Shown here: positions 1 to 9,485 of the stretch, one piece after another
How positions within the stretch are numbered: position 1 is the first letter of the stretch
Layout: each line of letters starts with the position of its first letter
Source: Fistulifera solaris
Lineage: Eukaryota
Direction of reading: 5' to 3'
Assembly: GCA_030295235.1 (NCBI GenBank)
Contig: AP026164.1
Span: 2,170,001-2,234,000, forward strand
DNA length: 64,000 bases
Made by a program: the position numbers and the translations under genes
The notes under the pieces: model-generated
Told to the model about the DNA's origin: nothing
The model's database searches: none
Seen by the model: the letters and a program-made list of their open reading frames with translations, nothing else

Positions 1-1573
1 AAGAAGTTGGAAGTGATTCTTGGCCCAGATACAACGGATCTCCAGATGCGAGTGGGTTTGCACAGCGGTCCTGTGACGGCTGGTGTTTTACGTGGTGAGC
101 GCTCACGGTTCCAGCTGTTTGGTGATACAATGAATACAGCCAGTAGAATGGAGTCGAATGGGCTTCCGGGAAAAATTCACATGTCCCAGGAAACAGCAGA
201 GCTTCTGGTTGCGGCAGGCAAAGAGCACTGGGTGATTCCTCGCTGAAGAGAAAGTAGTAGCAAAGGGCAAAGGCGAGCTGCAAACGTTCTGGCTGGTAAC
301 TACCAAAGCGTCGAACAATACTCGGAGCGAGACGGCCTCAAGTGAGACTTCTGGCGAGCACAGTGAAGGTCTTGTTCCGGAGGCGGTCTTTGACACCGCC
401 CGGTAATGGACGAAAAAACAGATCGTTTAGTGCAATGGAACGTCGAAGTCCTCGCCACTTTGTTGAAGAAAGTGGTGGCCAGGGCGTGAGGACATGATAC
501 GTACCCAGGAATCGGCACGCGATGTTACATTTTCCAAAACTACAACAACACCGCTGGATGAAGTCCAAGAAATTATCCGATTGCCGGTGTTCAAGCCGGG
601 GTACTGGTGCGGATATCAAAGACGTGGAACTAGGAGATGCAGTATTAGAGCAGCTGAGAGAGTATGTATCTGCAGTAGCATCCATGTATCGGAACAATCC
701 TTTCCACAACTTTGAGCACGCTGTCGCACGTAACCATGTCCGTGGTCAAACTTCTTTCTCGTATTGTGAGCCCGATGTTGACGCCGGTCAACAGCGATTT
801 GGAATCTACCTTGCATGATTACACATACGGCATCACATCGGATCCACTCACGCAGTTTGCTTGTGTGCTTTCGGCGTTGATTCACGATGTCGACCATCCT
901 GGTGTACCGAACACGCAACTCGTCATTGAGAATCCCCAGCTCGCCAAGTTTTACAAGGACAAGAGCGTGGCTGAGCAAAACTCGGTCGATTTGTCCTGGG
1001 ATCTACTTCAAGACAGTACGTTTGACGACTTGAGGCTGGCGATATGTCCTACGGAGCATGATCGTATCAGATTCCGTCAGCTTGTGGTCAACTCAGTCAT
1101 GGCAACTGACATCATGGACAAAGACTTGAAAGCACTTGAAACAAACGCTGGGAAAAGGCTGCTATGGGAGACAATGCCGAAGAATCAGCAAAGGACGCTG
1201 TCGATCGGTAAGGCTACAATTGTGATTGAGCACTTGATCCAGGCGTCAGACGTCAGCGCACACCATGCAACACTGGCATATCTACAGAAAGTGGAACCAA
1301 AGATTGTTTGAAGAGCTGTACAGTGCCTATATTCAAGGTCGGTCTGCAAGCGACCCTTCTGAGAACTGGTACAAGGGCGAGATTGGTTTCTTTGACTTTT
1401 ACATCATTCCTTTGGCGAAGAAATTCGCGAATGCGGTGTGTTTGGCGTTTCCAGTGACGCAGTACTTGAACTATGCTGAAAAGAATCGACAGGAATGGGA
1501 AGCCAGAGGCATGGAAGTCGTCGCAGGCATGGTGGAAGCAGCGCACAAGAAATATGGTTCGAAGCCGATGTAG
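1..1573 (+). CDS. Class III nucleotide cyclase - cyclic-nucleotide phosphodiesterase fusion (3' part, runs off the window); several frameshifts
   Basis: Cyclase motifs RVGLHSGPV and RFQLFGDTMNTASRMES. PDE motifs NPFHNFEHA, HDVDHPGVPN, MATDI, QASDV and WYKGEIGFFDFY follow in successive frames on the same strand. Confidence 0.92.
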
Positions 1574-2179
1574 ATGTTTTGTACTCGCACAGCCGGATGA
1601 AAAGGGAATCAAATGAACGTAAACTTTAGTAAGACAATTTCAAAACAAGTATTTTTTCAATATATAATCAGCACTTACCGATTGGCCAAACTTTAGCGCT
1701 GAGTAAAGAGGTTTTCCTTCCCTCGTTCTCTTCTTCTTTGACAACTTTCTGATGCCAAGCCTGTGCGTCTTTAACTACTTTACTTCAAAGCTGACTTCAA
1801 TACACTCCTTTTCGTATATTCCATTCGCAGAGTTGCTCAAGGGAGGCGTTCATCGCTCATTCTATCATCCAAATGAATCATACAACAAACATTTTGCTTG
1901 CCGTGATGACGGAAGACTGAGTCATGATTCGAGACTGAGACCCGGCACAATTAAACTAGAAGAACCGCGAATCTTAGCTTGTTTGCAACGAAACAAGAGG
2001 AAGGGAAACAATACTTAAAAAAAGATGAACAGACCATGCCTTATCGCCGAAGTCAAATCCTACTAGATTGACTATTTAGTTTATCTCGATTGTCTATAGG
2101 TTTATGACTACGTTGTCGAATTCGATAAGTCAGCTTGGTGGTTTAATTTCGATCTACGGCTTGGCTCACAAGTCGCAAA

Positions 2180-4032
2180 TTACTTTCCTTCCATCATCAT
2201 TTTAAGGTCACTTGAGGGATCTCCAACTGGCATGATGTTATAATTTTGCTGTAAAACACTCAAGATTCCAGGACTGATGTACGCTGGCAGCGAAGGACCG
2301 AGGCGAATATTTTTGACTCCCAAATGTAATAAAGTGAGCAGCACGGCAGCTGCCTTTTGCTCCAAATGAGAAATCGCCAAGGAGAGAGGCAATTCGTTGA
2401 CCGATTCCAGTTTCATCGCTTTGGCTAGTTCTAGTGCTACCACCACTGCCGAATAAGAGTCGTTGCACTGTCCCATATCGAGAACGCGAGGAATGGTGGC
2501 GCCGTTTGGAAGTGTGATCTGATTTGTCACCAGGTCATCTGATTTGAACTTCTCGGATTGCAGGATGCGATTCTTAGCACAACCAAGTGTGAGAATGATG
2601 CTGTCTTCAGGACTTTCGTCGGCCAAATCTGTAAAGTACGACCGATTCCACTGGGAACCATCACAGCCACCAATGAGTAAGATGCGGGACAACTTTCCTG
2701 CAGTAGCGGCTTCGATGATCTGATCCGCTAGAGGCAAAACAGCTCGGTGATTGAAGCCAATGGTGCGGAAAGTGGCTGGCTCTGCAGTTTGCTCAAAACC
2801 TTTGCACTGCTTCGCTTGCTCGATAACAGCCGAAAAGTCGCGGTTCTTCACATGCTTAATGCCGCTTAGGCCGGTAGCATTGATGGTGTACAGTCGATCT
2901 TCGTAGATTTTGCGCGGCTTCAAAACACAGTTGGTAGTAACAACGACCGGGCCCGGGAAGCAACTGAACTCGAAATTTTGATTTTGCCACGCTGTACCAT
3001 ATGATCCAGCCAGATGCGGGAAGGCATGAAGCTTCGGGTACGAATGGGCAGGTAACATTTCGCCGTGCGTGTAAACTTGAATACCGGTACCTTCGGTTTG
3101 CTTCAACAGATGGTACAGATCCACCATGTCGTGTCCGGATACGAGGATGCATTTTCCCTTGACAGCCGAAGTTCGAACGGGTGTCGGACAAGGCGCTCCT
3201 AACAATTCAGCATGCGCCGCATCCAGGGCAGCGAGGACCGACGTATTCACTTCACCAATCTTCAATGCAGCTTGCAGCAATCCATTGACATCCGCTGTAT
3301 CATCCGCTAGCTTGGCATAAATTTCATGAATAGCGATCATGACGCTCTCATCGACACTCGATCCATCAATCTCTTGACGCAACTGATGAACGTGCTCGGC
3401 GTAGGCACACAGTCCCTTCATACCGTACGTGGCGAGCTCATGCAACGAGAAAGCATCTTCATGATTCATCAGTTTGGCTCGTTCGGGAACTGAGACTAGC
3501 AGAGCCGCTTCTTGAATTTGCGATTCGGTCTTGTTGAGCCAGTCCAAGTGTGCCACAGGATGGCTCGGAGTCGCCACCCTGCCGCCGCAAATTCTTTCTT
3601 GAGGGCTTCACCTTGCTGAATGTATTCGAGAATGCGATTCTCATCAAAGTTCACGTTGGTGAGTGTACTGAACGTCGCTTCGAGCGTCCAAGTGTTGGCC
3701 TTGGCGAGGACATTCGCCGCAGTCCCACTGGCTCGGGCGGCAGTGCACCACAATGCGACAGATTTCAACACATGAATTAAGGCATCCTGTGCGGCCGAAG
3801 TCTCGGGTGTCTTACCGCAAACTCCAACGGTCGTGCAGGCGTGATGATCCGCCGTTTGTTCACATTGACGACAGAACATGGCGGATTCCGTCGACTGCCA
3901 GCGCGCTGTCATGTGAGAGGATTTAGCAGTTCTCGTAAAACCATGAGGTAAAGCTTGTGTAGCGACCAGACTCTTAGCGAGCGTCGATCGAAGCTGCGAC
4001 GAAGCGGCAACGCGGCGTAGAGTACTCAACAT
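2180..4032 (-). CDS. hcp: Hybrid-cluster protein (Hcp/prismane; hydroxylamine/NO reductase family) with mitochondrial-type presequence; one frameshift at a G run (~3577-3579)
   Basis: N-terminal MFCRQCEQT..CTTVGVCGK (CX2CX8CX5C). Hybrid-cluster motifs SGHD, THGEM, TTNC, GGCDG, LGCAK, GQCND and HLEQKA are present. Adding one G joins the 3496..4032 and 2180..3577 ORFs. Confidence 0.96.
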
Positions 4033-4678
4033 GGCGATCGAAAGAAAAGAAAGTTACTTGTTTTGTATCCGTCAAGCAAAACAGATTTATGACGATCGGA
4101 AAAGATTCTGCATCCTGCTGAAACGAAAGGTATTTCAGAGTTTGGATTCGGATTTCAGGCATTCATCACAATCTTACCCTTTCAATCCGCCGAGCCGAGA
4201 AAAAATGCGAACCTGCAAAGAACGCTTCACTCGGCCGTACTATTTCTGACTGTAACAATACTTCGAATTGCGGGGACTTTTGTAAACTACACAAAATCAA
4301 TGAATCCTGAAAAATTTCCCCGTTAGATTCGAAGTCACGCCAGTTCTTCCGGGGAACGAAAAGTACTGTTTCTATGGTAGTAGAAAGGTATGAGGTCACA
4401 GACATTGTTCCTCGGTCACAATATTGAGTATCAACAGCCGCCGAAAATCCGAACTCGAATCTTCAAGAGATTACAAAGGATGGATCTGTTATTCGTAACG
4501 TTCCTTCCAACGCCTTATTTCCAAGACTTTCTTGGATAGAAAGTGAAGGTCGGACTTGACACCAAATAATGTGAGTTCGGGTTCGACAATTGTCGGGGCA
4601 TTGGTAGACACCAACCGAGTAAAGATCGGATTCCGACACCACAAATGATTCATGCCCACAAATTTGGAATATCCTCGA

Positions 4679-6532
4679 ATGATGAATCGTTTCTTGTTGC
4701 GCTCCACAAGATCGTCACTTCCCATGACGGTGTTGCGGCATCTACGCTGGTTGTCGACACAACCGATCAAAGACTCTTTTCAAAAGGTCTCCATTTTGTA
4801 CGGAAGTCAAACAGGGACAGCCCAACTCTTTGCCATGCAACTGCAACAGGCACTGCAAGGCGCCGGAAAGGAATGCACGATGAAAGCTATGGCCGAAGTT
4901 CCACCATCCTCTTTAACGGATGATTGCCTGCACTTGTTTCTGATCAGTACTACGGGGGTCGGTGAGTTTCCTTCTAACGCCAAATCGTTTTACGAAGGCT
5001 TGTCATCATCGAAGAACGAAGCGCCGGCGATCCCCTACGCCATTTTCGCCCTTGGCAATTCGCAGGCCCATCCCAATCACTTTTGTGCCGCAGGAAAAGC
5101 ACTCCAACAAGCGTTTCAGGCCAAATTTCCGAGTGCCGTTCAGGTTTTACCGGTGCGATTGGGAGATGACGCTGTATGTATTGACGAAGAATTCGACCAG
5201 TGGCAAGAGAAAATCCTTCACACAATTGCTAAAGGAACGGAAAACACGGACGGTGAGACACCCAAGTGCAAAACATCGACGCTAGCGACGGAGACGCAAG
5301 CGCCCACGACTCGTATCCCGACGAATTACCCGGAATTGCACTTGTTAGCAGCTCAACAGAGCCGTGACGACGCGCCAGACTTGCTGGACATTTTCCCCCA
5401 TTTTTACAAGGAGAACTGTCGTCAACGAATGGAAATAACATACAATAGGAACATGCATCCCCACGCCGTCGTGGATACGGGCTTGCATGAAATGCATTTG
5501 TCGTTACCGTCGGGTTTGTCCTATGAAACAGGGGATCACATCATGATATACCCCCGAAATCCGGACCTTCTAGTTCAAGCCTACCTCAGTCATGTCTTGG
5601 AAGGTGTTGATCCCAGCCAAGTCGTGAACGAAGCAAGTCAAGCTGGACATTACCCGCATCCTTCTGGATTATCGGTCTACCAAACACTTAGTCACTGCGT
5701 CGATCTGACGGCGCCTCCATCACCATCCTTTGCGCGCTGGCTGACCTCGTCCAAGTCGTTGGAGTACAGGCAGCAAATATCCCAGCCGCGGCGGACAGTG
5801 CTGGACTTGGTCATGGAAAATCCTCAGGCCGACAAAGTGTCGCTGGCGGATTTGCTGTATCAGCTTCCGCCCCTCCAGCCTCGCTACTATTCCATTGCTT
5901 CGGCTGCCTCCGCACACCCGAATGAATTATATTTGACATATAGACCCGTGCACTACATATCGTCACGGGGTAGTCTACGTAATGGTCTTTGCACGACGTT
6001 CATGCAAAATTGCAAACCATCTCAAACAATCGTCGCTGGATTGGTGTCGAATCCTGCTTTCCGGCTCCCATTAGATCCCCAGGTTCCAATCATCTTGATA
6101 GGAGGAGGATGTGGCGTGGCTCCAATACGGGGTTTTCTGGAAGAACTGGTCCATCAAGGCACGAATCGTCCCAAGAACGTTTCACTTTTCTTGGGCTTTC
6201 GCGATCCTGCAGATCAAGTATATCATGAGTTGGTGGAAGAGAGCCAAGGATTCCTCCAAGAATGCCACATTGGATATGCTAGTGATGGTTCTCTCGTGAC
6301 CAAGGCTTTGTCGCGAAAAGCTGAATTCCTTCATCAACAATTAGTCACTCAGGGGGCTCATGTCTATATCTGTGGAGGTGCGGCATCCTTTGGTGCTGCC
6401 ATCCGGAAAACAGTGACAGATTTACTCTGGCAAGGCAATTGCTCGGGAACGATACCCGATGCTGAGGTTGCTACAAGTTTTCTACAGCACATGTCGTCGG
6501 AAGGACGATGGCATGAGGATTTGTCAGATTGA
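4679..6532 (+). CDS. Stand-alone diflavin (FMN/FAD/NAD(P)H) oxidoreductase of the CPR/NOS-reductase/CysJ superfamily with mitochondrial-type presequence
   Basis: Flavodoxin motifs ILYGSQTGTA, STTGVGEFP and FALGNS. FAD motifs PRYYSIAS and GLCTTF. Nucleotide-binding motifs GGGCGVAPIRGF, LFLGFR and VYICGG. Probable start is MMNRFLLRS at 4679; an in-frame ATG also exists at 4652. Confidence 0.93.
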   Translation: MMNRFLLRSTRSSLPMTVLRHLRWLSTQPIKDSFQKVSILYGSQTGTAQLFAMQLQQALQGAGKECTMKAMAEVPPSSLTDDCLHLFLISTTGVGEFPSNAKSFYEGLSSSKNEAPAIPYAIFALGNSQAHPNHFCAAGKALQQAFQAKFPSAVQVLPVRLGDDAVCIDEEFDQWQEKILHTIAKGTENTDGETPKCKTSTLATETQAPTTRIPTNYPELHLLAAQQSRDDAPDLLDIFPHFYKENCRQRMEITYNRNMHPHAVVDTGLHEMHLSLPSGLSYETGDHIMIYPRNPDLLVQAYLSHVLEGVDPSQVVNEASQAGHYPHPSGLSVYQTLSHCVDLTAPPSPSFARWLTSSKSLEYRQQISQPRRTVLDLVMENPQADKVSLADLLYQLPPLQPRYYSIASAASAHPNELYLTYRPVHYISSRGSLRNGLCTTFMQNCKPSQTIVAGLVSNPAFRLPLDPQVPIILIGGGCGVAPIRGFLEELVHQGTNRPKNVSLFLGFRDPADQVYHELVEESQGFLQECHIGYASDGSLVTKALSRKAEFLHQQLVTQGAHVYICGGAASFGAAIRKTVTDLLWQGNCSGTIPDAEVATSFLQHMSSEGRWHEDLSD

Positions 6533-6639
6533 ACATGAAGCCTCAAATGGAAAGAGTATCATACAGAAAAGGTTTAATTCATAAACAAACCAACGCTATC
6601 GATTACGCTACAGGTTTTAGATGATCATCGTTGGAAGAT

Positions 6640-7436
6640 TTAGTATTCAGAGGACGTCATAGGGGCATCCGACGAAGTAAATTCAGGATCTTTCTTGGGT
6701 CCGTCCTTAATCAATCCTAACGGCTTCAAGAGAGTATTGACAATAGGCTTCAGCATTTCTTGAGTCTTGTCCGAAGCTCCAATAAGTAGACTGAGAACCG
6801 CATTGATCGTAGGATTCAAGATACCGTCGTCAACCTGGTGCAACTTAACGGAAACACCCTTATCAACGTCATCAAGGTTTTTGCCAACTACGGACACAAC
6901 AGTACCGGCTACACCTTCAGCGAGACCGAGAAAGGGACCTACGAAGAAAACTCCTTTTCCCCAACCCCAAACGCCCTTGGCGGAGTCGTACACGTGGGTG
7001 GCAACATCAATGTTCTTTTCAGAAGTCATTTCGGAGTCTTCAAAATCTTCTGTTTGAGCGGTAATATCTACAAAGTCCTGTGAAAGAGGGTCACGAGCAA
7101 AGGGTGAATCTTTTGATAAAGAATAATCGTCAGCGGGAAAAAGTGTCGACCACGGCCCGTTTCCATTCCAGAGTGCATTGATTGTGCAACCGAGGCAAAG
7201 TCTTCCGTCGCAACGGACAAGCTGCAGGACGACTTGTGCTTTTCATGTATCTGATGCGCTAGTGCCAATGCTGATATTGTGTCCGTCGGAAGGCCGGGAC
7301 CGAAGAATAAGGACTCAGCAGGGCCTTTAGGCGATACAGGTTGAAGCATATCATCGTCATCCAAGCTATAATCCCCCGAGGATGGAGTCATCATAGAAAT
7401 GCCTGGAATGTCGAGCTCTGATCCGATAAGACTCAT
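6640..7436 (-). CDS. Hypothetical protein, probably two exons (7436-~7150 and ~7070-6640); C-terminal amphipathic-helix-rich domain
   Basis: The 129-aa ORF reads open upstream (DFVDITAQTEDFEDSE-MTSEK) to a pyrimidine-rich acceptor region. A 122-aa ORF lies directly upstream on the same strand. Exact splice sites are uncertain. Confidence 0.55.
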
Positions 7437-8933
7437 TCTTTCCTTTGATTAACGTTCGAAAGATCACAAACAACAACTTCAAGTGTTCTCAAAATGAAAC
7501 AACTGGAATGTCAAGCAAAGGAGCAACGCGTGAGAGTTTAGTCTTTTCGAAAGAATTGCACGTGAAGCGGCAAGATACAAACGACGGTGCAGTTCGCTGT
7601 CCCTAAAGTATAGGCCAATGTGTAGACAGCACCAATGCTTCGCAACCGCGGGCGTGCGCGGCCTCACAGGGGGTCTGAGTGAAACAGTAGAGTGATGCGC
7701 CGTATAGCGGATCGACGTCGATTTTTCGCACGGATACGCGAACGCTTTCACAAAACTATGTCGTGTAAAGTAGTTAAATACTTCGCACGAAAGAATATCG
7801 AGCCGCCGCCACCACCATGGCGATCGTGAACGGCGTCTTGTTGCTGGGCATGAGCGTCTTGGGCTAGAATATTGACTCTAACATGATGAAGATGAGGGCG
7901 TCTCGATGACTAGTTCGGATAGACGAGCGGTCGGAAGGGAGCTTACATGTCCTTTGGAAGTATGGTGCTCTTTACATTTCAATTCATCCCTTTTCTTGCA
8001 ACCAACAGATTCTCTCGCAACATTGCTCTTCGGAACGTACCTCTGCAATCAACAACAAACATGTTGCATACCTTGTATTGAATTGTAGTTTGATCTTTGT
8101 TGTCGAATGGATTCCAGCTTCGCGGGGAACGGAACATTACGATTTGTGGAACAGGAAAGGAGTGATGAAAATGGCGGCTCGGATTTCCGCAGATGTGAGG
8201 AAGTCGATCGACATCATTATTATTATTTGAAATTCGACCCTACACCCTACACCCATGAAATAAAGTCGTCGACCATTTACGTTTTACAAGTAGCTTTCAA
8301 TGCCGTGTAGTACGTCACAAAGAAAACCTGTCTAGGGTTTAAAGTACCCGATCGGTTCTGAAATTTATCTAGGGCGGTGGAAAATGGGAACTGCATAACA
8401 TCACCTCTAGAAATCGAAATTGCCGTTTATGTTTTATGCCATGGCCGAAAGCGAGGCAGCCAGCTACATAAGTGACCATTGTCGCCTTTCACCTTGTATT
8501 CCGCTATTGCTATGTATACCATTGTCACCCACAACGGCCAAGGGCATCAACAAAAATTTCTAAATAGAAAGGATGGGGCGGCTCTTAGTTCGTGACAAGT
8601 CTCAGGTAAAATCATTGTGTGTGGCTATCAAATATCAAACTAAAGTTGGCGATTAGCTCTTCTAATATTTAAATTGCTTTTTTCGCGACTAAAGCACAGG
8701 AGAAAAAACGGCAGATCCTAAAAAATGCGCACTTGAAACTACAAATCGTTCAGTTAACACGAAAAATACCTTCTCGCCCCTCCATAGTCAATGCATCGGG
8801 GTCGTACAAAGCAAAAACCGGAAGCTATATTCAAAAATGATTCATACCAGGTACGACCATGCATACTTGCATGACCACGCGAAATCAACTGACCGTTTCG
8901 CAAGAACAAGATCAATCGTTACTTAGCTCATTA

Positions 8934-9029
8934 TTTCATGTCCCTTTCTAATTATTCCTAATTTCCTAAAAGTCAGAATGTAATTTTGACATTCGACTGA
9001 AATTTCCATTTTTCGTTTCATGTCCCTTT
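8934..9029. repeat. 68-bp segment flanked by the 14-bp direct repeat TTTCATGTCCCTTT; contains a dispersed 29-bp motif and a hairpin
   Basis: Direct repeat at 8934-8947 and 9016-9029. The internal sequence TTATTCCTAATTTCCTAAAAGTCAGAATG nearly recurs at 55654-55681. Confidence 0.7.
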
Positions 9030-9485
9030 GTTTAGTTGATGGTTTTGTTGATCGGCTTCAACAAAGAATGTGTATACTACTCGAAACGTGTTGGTCCCTG
9101 TTGAGCTTCACATCTATTACTTTTTATCCAAGTGTTGCTCTAAATCTTGGAAACTAACAGTACTCTGAATCACGAGTTCTCAGGGCCACTATTACATCTG
9201 CGAGTACCGAAAGCGAATTTTGAGTACCGCAACATTTATTTAGCTTAAAGCTGCGCGGAGACGTTCTACGGCAAACCTACAGTTTCTATTAGATTCATTT
9301 TCGACTGTAGGCATTTTGGTACCAAGAATGTTTCGGCCCCTAAAATCCCTAATCACACGATCCCAATTTCCGTGCACCTCATCCCTCATCCTTTTGACTT
9401 CAAACGTTCTTTCCTCCTCTCGGCATCTTGCTATTTGAATGTAATTAAGATCAACCAGTTTGCTCCAAGTCGACGCTTCTATACA

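Noticed and set aside
2180..4032. hcp as a pseudogene or programmed frameshift
   Set aside because: A single missing G in a homopolymer, all ligand motifs intact, and the same error type throughout the window.
4652..6532. Nitric oxide synthase, cytochrome P450 reductase or sulfite reductase call
   Set aside because: No oxygenase/heme domain, no N-terminal membrane anchor, and no siroheme partner in the window; only the diflavin module is supported.
7479..8930. Short ORFs in the long intergenic region
   Set aside because: No motifs or consistent splice pattern; I could not recognise an RNA gene or transposase.
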